Assembly (NCBI RefSeq): GCF_000143415.4
Contig: NW_003314289.1
Location: 1,854,293-1,918,292 of the forward strand
Source of the DNA: Selaginella moellendorffii
Taxonomy: Eukaryota > Plantae > Lycopodiophyta
Length of the DNA: 64,000 nucleotides
Direction: 5' to 3'
In this document: piece by piece, positions 24,013 through 36,131 of the stretch
Numbering within the stretch: position 1 is the first letter of the stretch
Layout of the letters: every line of letters starts with the position of its first letter
Position numbers and translations under genes: made by a program
Notes under the pieces: generated by a model
What the model was told of the DNA's origin: nothing
Databases searched by the model: none
The model's input: only the letters and a program-made list of their open reading frames with translations

Positions 24013-27000
24013 ATGGCACTAGCAGTAGCTCCTCCACCACTTCCTCCCAGGGAATTCACTACCTTCTTGTTTAACAAGGACGACTACATTGGAGAAGTTA
24101 GGGTTCGTCCGGGCGCCGAGGATCATGTCTCCCATATGTTCTCCGGCAAGGCGATGCGCGTCTCGGATTTCTCGCCGCCCAGCGATCGATGCACGCCGCT
24201 GCTCATCATGCATTCCATCTCCAGCGGCGGCGTCTTGTTCACCATGGATCTCCCCCAGCAGCAGCAGCAGCCCGACGGCCTCACATTCCTCCACTCCTCC
24301 TGCCTCCACGAAGCCAAGGTACGCGCGAGATTTCTTCGCACAGCTTATGATCTTCTTATCGGCCGGCCTGCTGCTGTTCTTGCAGACCGCAATGGTGCAA
24401 ATGGAAGCTGGAATGGAGCTCCACCTGGTGGCCATGACCAAGAGGAGCGATGGCGACGAGGAGTTCTCGCAGCTCCAGCACACGCAGCAGCCGTGCTTCT
24501 GGGGATTTCTCACGGGGCAGGGATCCTACGCCTCGTGCCTCACAATGCTCAACCTGAGATGCCTGGGCTTGGTTTTCGACCTGGACGAGACGCTCATCGT
24601 TGCCAACACCATGCGATCCTTCGAAGACCGCATGGACGCTCTCACGCGGAAGATGCGCTTGGAGACTGATCCCGAGCGTGCTGCTGCTCTCGCTGGTGAA
24701 CTGAAGAGATACCAAGAGGATCACTCCATTCTCAAACAGTACATGGAGAATGACTGTGTGCTAGACAATGGCAAGATCATCAAAGCCCAGACCGAGATGG
24801 TTCCTTCGTCCTCTGACGCCACCCCGGCTCTGGAACGTCCTATTATCCGGCTTGACAGTCGCAATATCATCCTGACACGCATCAATCCTCTTGTAAGATT
24901 TGGTCTTTCTTTCTCTTTTTCGCTGGGTTGAGGTGACTGACTTCATGTTTTCTGGTTTGTGTAGGTCCGTTTCACGAGTGTTCTGGTGAGGATCCGACCA
25001 GCCTGGGAGGAGCTGAGGAGCTACCTCACCGCTAAAGGAAGGAAACGTTTCGAAGTGTTTATATGTACGCTGGCGGAGAAGGACTACGCGCTGGAAATGT
25101 GGAGGCTTCTTGATCCAGACGCACGCTTGATCCCGTCCATTGAGGTCGAGGAACGAGTTGTGTGCGTGAAGGCAGGAGGTAGATCTCTTCTCTTTCTCTT
25201 ATCTTTTTTATTCGGATTCGCATTTATTCATACTGTGCTCGAAACTTTCAGGCTTAAAATCGCTTGCTAACGTCTTCCGGAAAGGGCAGTGCCATCCGCG
25301 GTTGTCAATGGTCATTGATGACCGCTCTAATGTGTGGACGGAGGTAGATCAACCACGGGTTCATGTTGTGCCTCCTTTCGTACCGTATTATGCTCCTCAG
25401 GCAGAGGTAGGCAGTCTGTGTGTCGAGTCTCGCTTTGACAAAATCTTTTGCTGATTCCAACAGACAACGGGTAGTTTACCGGTTCTTTGTATTGCCAAAA
25501 ACATCTCAAGCACCGTTCGGGGCAACTTCTTCAAGTGAGTAGTTGGAGCTTACAATGCGTACGACTGCTCTGTTAATTCTTCTGTGAAATATGCAGGGAG
25601 TTCGATGAAGTTTTATCGCAGCAATTGGGTTCGGTTGTATTCGATACGGATACTTCCACACTTCCTAAACCACTGGATGTTAGTAGTTATTTGGTAAGCT
25701 CCTTGTTTTTCCTTTCTGTCTGGTTTCATTGCTTGATACGGTTCTTTACGCGCTCAGAGAGCACAAGATGCGGCGGTGGCAGTGGACGCCGGCGGCGGCA
25801 GCAAAGATCTACCGGATGGCTTAGCTGACGCTGAAACCGAAACCATCTGGAATCCTCAGCTAGAAAACAAGAACCCTGCGCCCGAACCGTCTGGTGAAAA
25901 CTGGGAGGAAGGAGAGGTTCCAGAATCTGAGTTAGATCCTGACACGCGTAGGAGGCTGTTAATTTTGCAGCATGGTCAGGACAATGCTGCAGGACCATCA
26001 ACAGAATGGGACGAAGAACAAGTGAGTCCTGGGCGACCAGGTGGTTCGTCAGACGCCCCGTTAGAAGCCGGACAGATTGTAAGTGCTTGACCAACTCTGT
26101 TTGATCTCTCATAGTTTTCTGTTGTTATTCAGGGCGGTCTCTTGCGGCCACAAAATCAAGATAGGAAGCTTTTAGACTATTCAGGTACGTTCGCGTCTAG
26201 TATTTCTTGGCCACTCACACCCGCCTTGATTTTAGATACAGACTATAGAATAAACGGCAGTACTGTTCCTGAACCGTCTAATTCTATTATTTTATTACAA
26301 GCTATGGCTCGAAAGTACAATGCTCAGGTGCGCATTGAGCCTTTTTTTAACTTTACTTACACGTTCTTCTCCTTCTGCCATGAACAGCTGGAGTTCAGGT
26401 CTTCCGTAAGTCCCACTATCGAGCTTCAGTTTTGTGTGGAGGTAAGCGAGCGTAGCAAATGAAAGTATGTTCTTGAAAGCTGATTTTTACGAGTTACAGG
26501 TGACCTTCAATGGAGAAAAAATTGCGAGGGGTGTTGGCAGAACCAGCAGAGATGCTCGCTCTCGTGCCTCGGAGGATGCTCTTCGTTTGTTGTCAAGTAA
26601 GACAAAAGTCTAGCTTTTATTTATATTCACCCAAACTTTCCAGACGAGCTTCGCGACACCACGTTTGTGGCGTTTCTACCAGAGAAGCAAAACTTCAATG
26701 CTGCTCCAGCACAGCAATGGAACGCACCGCATGTCAGAATTGTGGAGCCGCCGAAATTACCTACCTTCAATGCCGTCGCTGCTCTCAAAGACCTGGTAAC
26801 ACGGCGAAAGTTCGCTTCGATGGAAACTGACGAGCTTTTTTACCGCTACGCAGTGCACTGTTGAGAACCTCAGCGTAAGCTTTCGAGACCTGCAACTAGA
26901 ATCCAGTCCAATGATCTACAACTGCGAGGTACGCGCTCAAGTTTTCTGGTCGGCAGGGTAGCAAACTTCTTTGTCTAGGTGGAAGTCGCGGGACAAGTTT

Positions 27001-27344
27001 TGGGAAGAGGCCGAGGTCTCTCCTGGGATGCAGCAAGACAAGAGGTAAACTACCTTGAACCTCCCGTGTAAGATTTTTGACGTGTGGTGTTGTGCTTGAT
27101 CAAACAGGCCTCGGAAGAAGCATTGAGAGGCATGAAAACAAACAATACCGGGAAGCGACCTCGTCCAAGGTGACGACCATCTATTCTTTGTATGTTTCGG
27201 CTTCTCATTTGCTTTGCTCGCACTTGTTCTTGTTTTAGATCACCTGTGCAAGCTAATAAGAGGTTGCGAGGACCAGCCCGTGGACAAGGCCGAGGAAACA
27301 ACAGGCTCTCTCCTCGGAAGCAATTGGCAGTGAGATTGAAGTAG
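24013..27344 (+). CDS. CPL1: RNA polymerase II CTD phosphatase-like (CPL1/2 type) with two dsRNA-binding domains, multi-exon
   Basis: [24 protein letters not shown] (DxDxT catalytic motif); [21 protein letters not shown]; [11 protein letters not shown]; [18 protein letters not shown]; two C-terminal dsRBM-like segments. Confidence 0.92.
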
Positions 27345-27461
27345 CCCAAGTAGCGGGGAATCGTAGGTTTTCAATGATTGATTTGCTTGCTTTTTCATGT
27401 AAAAATCGGTGGAGGTGATGTACATTTTCTCTCCACGTCTTGTAAAGGCAATTCATTGGTG

Positions 27462-29195
27462 TTACGTGCTCTTCTCCGCGAACGCGTTGGACAAGAGAAT
27501 GTAAGGGGCACCGTCACCGTCACCATCACCATCACCATCACGGCGGACAAGGTTCTTAGCAGCCGCTTGGGCCAGTGTCGTACTACCGTGCGTCCGGCAA
27601 GCACACAGCATTGTCTTCCATGCCACTCTATCGGGGACGTACGGCATCGTGTGTACGAGCTCCTGCGCGGAATTTACGTGTCCCGCCCGCCCCAGCGCGT
27701 CCACCACGCAGCAGTAGTGCTGCATTGACGGCCCCATGCCGTGATCCACCGAGATCGATCCAAACCATCTCTGGATCATTGCTCCACGGTTGTAGTGATC
27801 ACAGTGGCAACGCGAGCAAGCTATGATCATCCCCACCATCGTGCTATCGTCCGGGACAAAGGCGTCAATTAGCATCGCGTGGAAGAGCTCCTGGCATTCG
27901 GCCATGCTTCCGTACAGCGCCTGGCCCATGATCAAGGCATTGCACAAGACCGTGCTGGAGTGGCCGAGCGGTACGGCGCGGAAGAGCGCGACGGCATGCC
28001 GGAGCTGTGCGTGCTGGACGTAGGCCGCGATCATGGCCGTCCACGTCACGGCATTCCGCTCCGGAATGGCGTGAAAGAGATTCCGGGCGATGGCGAGGTG
28101 GCCATTCTGGGCGTAGGCTTCCACGGCCGCCGTCCACGAGACCACGTTGTGGTGTGGCATCTCGTAGAGGAAGATCGCCGCAGCGGCGTCCAGATCGCCC
28201 GCGCGCGCGTGGGCGATGGCGATGGCGCTGCTGGATTCGATCGTCTTCTCCGGCATTTGCTCCTGGATCGCAATGGCCTCTTCCATTCGCCCCGCCATCG
28301 CGAGCGCCCAGACGAGCGCGTTCCAAGTGGAGAGCGTGAGCTCTGGCATCGATTCTAGCAACCAGCGGGCGCAATCGTGGCGGCCCAGTTGCAGGTAGGC
28401 GACGAGCATCGCGGAGCACGTCACGGCATTTCGGACAGGCGCCGACTCAAATGCTTCTTTCGCGCTATCAAGATCCCCTCGTTTGGCATTTGCAGCAATG
28501 ATCAAAGTCGTAGAGAAAACGTCTCTCATGGGCATCTCTTCTAGCACACGAGAAGTTCCATCGCTAAAACCAACGATTGCATGTGCCGTTACAAGAGTGT
28601 TCCAGGAGACCATATCCCACTCCGGCATAGAGTCAAAAGCAAGCTTGGTACTTTCTAGATCACCACTTTCGCCATAAGCCGCAAGCACAGAGTTCCAGGT
28701 TACTAGATCTCTGCAAGGCACCAGTTTAAACATAACTATGGCTTGTCCAACTTCGTTGTTCTTGTTGTAACAGGCAAGCATCGAATTCCAGGACACAATG
28801 TCGGGAGCAAGAAGACCATCAAACAATGCTTTTGCTTTGGAAAAATGCCCAGTTTCGGCATATGCAGTAATCAATGCATTCCAGGCTACGGTATTTGCCA
28901 CGGGCATGCGGCTCCACAGCTCCTCCGCTCGCTCAAGATCGCCATGGCTAGTATACGCAACCAGCAGGATTGTCCAGGAGAAGACGTTTGGATTGACAAT
29001 GCTGCAGAACACCGATTGTGCCTTGGCAAGGCTCCCGCATTTGCTGTACATGACCATGAGGAGATTTGCAAGGTACGTGCTGCCGCTGCCCACCACTCGA
29101 GGATGGAGCTCCTGGAGGCTGGAAAGCCGCGTCGAGGCCTTGATCCGGCACGCCAGTGCCACAACTTGGTCGTGAGAGAGATTGCCGTGGCGCAT
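27462..29195 (-). CDS. PLS-class PPR protein with E domain and no DYW, intronless
   Basis: Array of about 31-aa repeats (..MP..D/NVVSWN/T..LL.AY...G); MYSKCGSL; E region HYCCVVDALGRAG..MPYVPD..AWKTMLCACRTHG..PYILLSN. Confidence 0.92.
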   Translation of the reverse strand: MRHGNLSHDQVVALACRIKASTRLSSLQELHPRVVGSGSTYLANLLMVMYSKCGSLAKAQSVFCSIVNPNVFSWTILLVAYTSHGDLERAEELWSRMPVANTVAWNALITAYAETGHFSKAKALFDGLLAPDIVSWNSMLACYNKNNEVGQAIVMFKLVPCRDLVTWNSVLAAYGESGDLESTKLAFDSMPEWDMVSWNTLVTAHAIVGFSDGTSRVLEEMPMRDVFSTTLIIAANAKRGDLDSAKEAFESAPVRNAVTCSAMLVAYLQLGRHDCARWLLESMPELTLSTWNALVWALAMAGRMEEAIAIQEQMPEKTIESSSAIAIAHARAGDLDAAAAIFLYEMPHHNVVSWTAAVEAYAQNGHLAIARNLFHAIPERNAVTWTAMIAAYVQHAQLRHAVALFRAVPLGHSSTVLCNALIMGQALYGSMAECQELFHAMLIDAFVPDDSTMVGMIIACSRCHCDHYNRGAMIQRWFGSISVDHGMGPSMQHYCCVVDALGRAGHVNSAQELVHTMPYVPDRVAWKTMLCACRTHGSTTLAQAAAKNLVRRDGDGDGDGDGAPYILLSNAFAEKST

Positions 29196-29212
29196 TCCAG
29201 GGAGCTCCTCCT

Positions 29213-29311
29213 CTACCTCGGCTGCGCATCCTCCTCCTCCACCTCGTCTTCCCCGGAGATGATGATTCCATAGCCGCCCTCCTTCCTCTTGTAAAGGATG
29301 TTTACTTCCCC
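29213..29311 (-). pseudogene. Copied last exon of PSRP1
   Basis: Translates [32 protein letters not shown], matching PSRP1 [34 protein letters not shown] at 36132-36235. Confidence 0.85.
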
Positions 29312-29344
29312 CAAGTTAGCTCCAGCGGGCTCCAGCAGCGCTAG

Positions 29345-31250
29345 AAGAGCAGCCAGACTCACCATCAAGCAAAGCCTGATTTGGAGTTACCGTCAGAGCA
29401 TTGGATCTTTCAGATCTCAGGTAACTTTAAGCAAGTGTGCTTTGCCTTCAACTTGTTTCAAACTGGTTGTCTCAAGTTGAATTCCGGTTATTCAGCCAAC
29501 TCAAGCACTGCTGAGGCAAGCTGTAGTCTGCTGGTTGCTCAAGTCTCCAACTCACAAACGCCTTGGTTTTTCTTGTAGGTGTACCCTGATGGAACTAGGA
29601 ACAAGGAAGCCACCACTTGCTTTTAAGTAGTAACTGTAGTGTTTTTCAGTGAGGTTTTGAGCTGGTGTCCTTCATTCAACGGGACCTAGGAATGCCAACC
29701 CTCTGCATTCCATGCAAGAAGGAAACAATGAGAAGAAAGCTCTTTGCACAGAATCATTACAATAGTGTTAAGTAATTTATATATTTTATTAAAATTTTAT
29801 CATTATCTTATTTTTTATTTTTCATATCATTTTTTAATTTATATTTTGGCTTCACATTAGATTTTGAAGATGATTGAAAAAAAGTGTTAGTGTTGGATAT
29901 CTGGAAATATGATTTTAATGATCGCGTCTTAGATATTCATTTGCATTTTGCAAATATTAGTTATATAGATTATCTTTAACCTGTAAATTAAATTTGTTTG
30001 TTTGTTTCACATGGCAAAGTAGAAATTATTGTTCCACAAACTGGGAATAGGGAGAATTAAAGCACTAGCCTTTTAGAAGAACTATAGCTGGATCCTCAAT
30101 TGCAATATTGATCCATAGGACATGAGTAAAGAGTGGCAAAACATGAAAAATCCAGACATGACAATCTCAAGTAGTGGGACACGAATCTTGGGCTTGAGAG
30201 TATAAAAGCTTGGAGTTTGAAGTGTAAAAGTAAACCCCTTGGACATTTATGAGCATTAGAGAAATTCATTCTAGAGAGAAGTAAGAAATCTTTATGTGGC
30301 TCATGATTAGCTGTGGCAATATAGTGTTCTCAAATTTGTTTGAGTTTATAGAAGTGTGTTTTAAAGTTCTTCCACATCTAGAATTTAACATTCCTTAGTC
30401 AAGTTGGAGAGGAATTTTAGCATAGTTTGCTTTTAGTTGTGGAAACACAGTGTTCCAAGCTTGTCTAGATACAGGTAAAGTGTTCTGGAGTTGTCCCACT
30501 GAAGGCCTGCCTAGCAACTTTTAGTTGTGTCTATAAGAATCTGAAAGGGATTTGTAGTGAGCTGTGGAAACATGGTGATAGGTATATCCCCTAGGGGGAG
30601 AAAGAAGGAAGTTAGTGGAGTTGTTGTGTAAGAGGAGAGTGTTGGTGCTGCTTGAGCAACTGGAAGTGCAATGTCAAACATACCAAAGAAGCAACAGCCA
30701 GCTGCCATAAGATACCATTCCACTACGTTACATCGGCTTGGACGGTTTGCTCGGCAATCTAAATATAGAAAGTTCTATTGAATATTCTTTGGAATTATTT
30801 ATTAATTTCGTAAAAGACAACAAGCATAAGTGGTGAATCTTGAGGTAAAAGATCATTTGGATAAAGCTAATTTGGATTCTTAAAAAAAGGAGTTTTAATA
30901 GTAGCAGCTCAAGAGGCAGCAAGTAAGCCTAGTGAGGCAAAGGAATTGTTCAACTATCAAAGAGGTTTTTAGATTAATACCAGACCTTTGGGCAAGGTAG
31001 ATTAGGAAAAGGAGGTTTTGGCATGCAACAAGAAGTTCTTGAAGGTCATAATGAATGAAACCAACCATTTAATCTGAAATATGGTAATAGTAATTTGAAA
31101 TTTTATAACTGCCCCTAACTTGGATTGAATTTTAATTCACTCCTTTTCATTCCCACTACCAAATATACTTAGAGACACTGTGTTTTAGTTGATCACAAGA
31201 TTCTTCCATCTTTTTTCTATGTTCTACTCCATCTTTGAAGCATTCCTGTA
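29345..31250. repeat. AT-rich ORF-less insertion, probably decayed repeat or TE
   Basis: Abrupt fall in GC and no recognisable ORF. It truncates the PSRP1 fragment. Confidence 0.3.
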
Positions 31251-31299
31251 CCTCTATTTCTCAAGCATCTCTCATTACATCCCAAAATTTACTTGGCAG

Positions 31300-31560
31300 C
31301 CAATTTTCCATCCTTTTAGGTAGGGAGAACGCTTGTATCAAAGCATTGCACCCTCGTATGGGATTTGCGGCGTCGAGATCCCCACTCTGGATGAACAAGC
31401 TGATCATAAGGTTTCTCTGGAGCCATGTCAAAGAGGCTCTTCGCTGTGTTGAAATGACTGTTCTGGCCATAGGCCGAGATCATGGTGCCCCAGGAGAATG
31501 TGTTGGTCTTGTCAAAGATTGAGCACACGGATTCCACACAGCCACGCTTGAACCTGTCGG
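31300..31560 (-). pseudogene. PPR gene fragment
   Basis: ESVCSIFDKTNTFSWGTMISAYGQNSHFNTAKSLFDMAPEK is a PLS PPR motif, and it is frameshifted. Confidence 0.65.
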
Positions 31561-32160
31561 ATCTCAGCTGACTTAGACATCTCGATCAAATGCGCAGCCA
31601 CAAATCACTGCCACAAGATCCTCGAGCCTGTGGAACTTATCAGCAGCACTTGCAATCCAAACTATTATTTGACTGAGGGCATTAGTATATGCTTGGACAG
31701 ATTCAAATTCCTTCTGCTTCCTTATGCAAATCTCAAGAATAAGTGACTATCAAACTGAAGAACCTGTCACCAAACTTGTGCTCAAACCATTCAAGACCTC
31801 CTGGATAATCTAAAACTTCATCTTTGTTAGCACTCTAATACTCTGTTGTCATGGCTAACGCTGCCTATAGAATAGTGGTATAAGTTGTCGAACCATTCAC
31901 CTCCTTGTTTGTAAATAGTATAATCCTGATTCCTGTCTACTTCACCGTAGAAGCTTGAACTTCCGTCAGATAGTGGAATCTTAAAAAATATGCCTGCTTG
32001 GGCAACAGCGTCAAGTGATCTGAATTGGGAGAATCTAAGATGCCATGGAATGCATTCTAGCATTCCATGGCAAAGAGGAGGATTCTAGCACACATTACAG
32101 GGATATGTACATTCCCCTAGATTCATCTCTCTATATTATAATTTAATAAAGCAAGTTTAT

Positions 32161-32905
32161 GGGCGTAGGCTTCCACGGCCGCCGTCCACGAGACCACGTA
32201 TCTCACCAAGGAAGATCGCCGCAGCGGCATCCAGATCGCCCGGGGGCACGTGGGCGATGGCGATGGCACTGGTAGATTCAATTGGTCTCTCCGGCATTTA
32301 CTCCATGATCACGAGCCATCGCGAGCGCCCAAACGAGCGCATTCCAAGAGGATAGCGTGAGCTCCGGCATCGATTCTAGCAACTCGCGAACGCGATCCAG
32401 GCGACACAAGTGCAGATCGGCGACGAGCATCGCAGAGCACACCGGCGCCAATTTAAATGCTTCTTTCCCGTTATGAATATCCCCTCGTTTGGCATTTGCA
32501 GAGATGATCAAAGTCGTAGAGAAAACGTCTCTCACGGAAATCTCTTCCAGCATACGAGAAGTTCCATCGCTAAAACCAACGATTTCGTGTGCCTCTAGAG
32601 GATTTTTCCAGGAGACCATATCCCCTCCGGCATAGAGTCAAAAGCACGCTTGTTACTTTCTAGATCACCACTTTTGCCATAAGCTGCAAGCACAGAGTTC
32701 CAGGTTACTAGATCTCTGCAGGGCACCAGATTATACATTATTATGTCATTTTTTCAGGCAAGGGAATTCCAAGAGACGATGTCTGAAGCAAGAAGCCCAT
32801 CAAACAATGCTTTCTCTTTGGCCAAATGCCCGGTTTCGGCATATCCAGTGATTAATGCATTCCAGGCTACGGTATTTGCCACGGGCATGCGGCTTGACAA
32901 TGCCG
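32161..32905 (-). pseudogene. Decayed copy of the 27462-29195 PPR gene (corresponds to about 28110-29000)
   Basis: Long near-identical stretches, e.g. GGCGTAGGCTTCCACGGCCGCCGTCCACGAGACCACGT and AATGCATTCCAGGCTACGGTATTTGCCACGGGCATGCGGCT, with deletions and frameshifts. Confidence 0.88.
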
Positions 32906-33096
32906 ATCATGTGTACATGTACATTAAGATGTTCAAGTTACATTTTACTAATCTAGTCTTTTATTTTACAAAAACTACCAAAGAATACTTGGAGTTTGTC
33001 TCGTTGCTTACTTTTTCAAAATTTTAGTTGATTAATACAAGACTGAACTTTCCCATAACAGGCTTTATATAAGAAAAAAATTTGTTCATTATATAC

Positions 33097-35350
33097 TTAA
33101 TGTTTCTTCTCCCAGTTCAGAGTGTCTCGTCTCTTATAATAACAAATCCACCCATTACCAACCTTTCGACCGAAATAAACTTCAAACAACTTCAAACCAG
33201 GTTCCAACATCGTCCCCAAGATTTCATCTTTTAGCCGTGGATAAAACATCAAAGCTAGCAGTTCCTCCTCCTTCTTATCTTCCTGTAAAATTCATGTTAG
33301 TTTTATGTTACCGGTAAGGAAATTCAACCTCCTCCTCCGTGCCCCATTCCGCTGGGGGATCCCATTCTTTGAGTGGCTCCATGACAAAAGGGATGTAACA
33401 ACCAATAATCGTCACATCCCCTGTGCATAGCTCAAAAGGCAGGTCATCTTTCGGGTTTGAGGTCCGTTTGCTTTGCTTAAGCTCCTCCTGTTAAAAATGT
33501 TTTTAAAAAATTAGAGTATTTTAGTGAATCAAAATATACCTTCATAGTCTTCTCCTCTTCTTGTAACCAGAGTTTTGCTTTGGTTAAGCTTTGGAAAATA
33601 TCTTCTTTCGGGTAGCGCTCTCTCCAAATTGTCTCAAAACGTCGTAGAAAATCCCAAGGAGGTTCTTTTTGTGTCCAAGGGGGTGGTACTAGAGCATGCG
33701 AACAGACCAACTCCCCTATTAGTGATCTCGATCTCACTAAGGCGTCACCCACATAATTTCTCTCACTCACAGCTCCCTATAATAAAGGCAAGAGAGATAA
33801 TTCATCCATGACTAGTACCATGACTCACCAGCAGGTGGGGAAACTCAACAAAGACCTTAGTAGGTCCACCATTAGCAGTTCTACCGTTTGTGAAGCAGAC
33901 TGTGATTTGCAGTAGCTTATAACTCCCTTTGACTCTTCGTCCTACAGTTAGCTTGCATTGTGTGAAAAATAAACAAAAAAACTAAAGAAAAGCTACTTAC
34001 GCTGTTCCAGCTGGAGACGATGAAGCGCGCTGGCATCGATCCTCCGAATGGACAAATGCTCACCAGCCGAGTCCTGACGCTCACAAGCCCAATATGAGAG
34101 AGGAAGTTGTCGAGAGATTGATGATGCTTCAGGTGTGGCCAGAATCTTGGGTGTGTATTTCCTGAAAGAATGCCATTCAGCTTCATTTGAATGCTGGAAT
34201 GAATCATACCAGGTTGCTTGCACGCCTTGGAACCCTGCTCCAGGAGGCTTCTGCTTGCTACTGTAGAAACAACAAAGCTTCTCTTGTCTTTCAACCTGTG
34301 ACAGATAGATTTTCAGTAGGAAGATAGAGTATACTGAGACATACCCATGCTTTTATAAACATAACCATGTTGGCAATCCTAGATTTTAACACACGCCAAA
34401 GTTGCTCACTCCATATTGTTGTTCCTTCTTTTTTCCGGAAAAGGAGTTTTCCGGCTTGTGACACAATCAGTGTCAAGGAACTCTTCGTAAGAGCTTCCTC
34501 TCGTTCGCTTGGATCCACGACCTACAAAACACATGGAAATATATCACAGTCGGATGCAGCAAAAGAAAGAAAGGTCGAATAGCTTACTACTGGCCCTCCA
34601 TCAGCAAAGAATCCAAAGGTAATGGCAACTGGGATATCATGTATAACCTGGAAATGTTAAATCCAGATTATGTCTAGAAAGTTTATTGCTGACTCACCGT
34701 TTCAGTAAGAGGCTGATCTCCCAAGGAGACGAGGGCAGCTATAGCAGCAAGTAAAGAAACATCAATGACACTTCTGCAATACAAAAATAAAAACCAAAAA
34801 GACATGAGGATGAAGATTATGGATCTAGAGAACACATACCCTTCGTAGTCATGGATCTGGATGTGAATTTCCAGTCCCTTAGCGTGCGTCGAGAAATATA
34901 ATTCGATGATGCTTTTCACGTCGTTGACAAGTTGATGTGCCTGTCGAAATTCTGGAAGACGACATCTAGATTCAATCTCAACTTGAACGGTGAACTGTAT
35001 GTGAGTCCTCACGCTCGCCCACACTCGACTGCCTCCTTTCCTGGCAAAGAGAGTGCCCCTTGTCCTACGCACATACCACTATATCATCCAGGAAAGAACC
35101 CAATTTTTACAGTAAGCCTAACCTTGGATAAATGAACAGCTCTCGTTCTTCAAACGAAGCCCTACCGTCACTCCGCACCCAAGCTCTCGTCCAATCGACA
35201 TTCGTGCTGCAGAAAAGAAGAGAAATTGGAATTGGAATTCTAAGAGATCAATCCATTACTTCACATCAGCGATCACTGCGTCGGTATCAATCGTCGGCTT
35301 GGCATCGATCGTCGCGCCAGGATCAAAAGCAATCCATGGCCCAGCCAGCC
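33097..35350 (-). CDS. Divergent exosome RRP45-like RNase PH-domain gene with an unrelated C-terminal extension; exon structure and integrity uncertain
   Basis: Spliceable pieces VRSDGRASFEER / RGTLFARKGGSRVWASV / IHDYEG-SVIDVSLLAAIAAL / IHDIPVAITFGFF / VVDPSEREE follow RRP45/RRP42 motif order. Further GT-AG-flanked open exons run to 33097. Confidence 0.55.
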
Positions 35351-35944
35351 TGAATTTATCGGTAAAATGCTCGATCAAGGCAACTATATGATAAGAAGAA
35401 CCCTAGTCCTTAAACCCTCGCGATTTAAATTGACTTGTTTACGTGGCAAGAAAATATTCTGGGTATCAGAATATTCCCGGGGCAAGAGATTGAGTCTCAA
35501 GAACGCGTCTCGGCACCGACAGAGAATCCAGGCGAGGAAGCGTTGACACGAATTGGGAATAAGGTGGACCTCCCGCCTATCGTGCCCTTCAAAGCGACAA
35601 GCTGCTCATCCGCCATAGCTCCTTGACGCATTTCCACCTGAAACGCCATCGCGATGGAGATCGTGGAGAACAACACGTCTCTTGCGGGCAAGACGAGCGA
35701 TTGCGGTAGCTTCGGATCTTGAAGAACAGGTTCGTCGTCTAAAACGTGGTTCTTTTGAGATTCCAGTTCCAAGTCTCCACATGCCATCAGATCAAGCAAC
35801 ATTGTGGCTTGCACAACTTCAGAGTTCTAGCTATAACATCCAAGCATGGAGTTTCAAGAAACTCACGAAGAGCATAGAACAGTTTTTCCGCCTTGACATA
35901 TACCCAGTGTGGGCATATGCACTTGTTCCAAACTACGGCAGTAG

Positions 35945-36090
35945 CTCGAGCGAGATGAACCAGCAAGATTTTCCACAAGAAAACGTAATGGCGATCGTGC
36001 CTCCCCATTTGCTGTACACGTCCATGAGGAGACTCGCGCGTGGAACTCCCGGAGGCTGGAGAGCCGCGTCGAGGCCTTGATCCGGGCCGC
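35945..36090 (-). pseudogene. Remnant of the PPR 5' end directly downstream of PSRP1
   Basis: GATCAAGGCCTCGACGCGGCT..CTCCTCATGG..GTACAGCAAATG matches 29035-29150. Confidence 0.75.
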
Positions 36091-36131
36091 CAGTCGAGAA
36101 TCCCTGTTTTTCCAAAACTCTGGAGCCTCCT

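Noticed and set aside
29196-29311. Stop-codon read-through fusing PSRP1 to the PPR
   Set aside because: The PPR ATG is in a different frame from the PSRP1 stop, and the copied exon has lost its AG acceptor.
32905-35945. One PPR pseudogene split by insertion of the RRP45-like gene
   Set aside because: The two relics overlap in parent coordinates, so separate duplicates are at least as likely.
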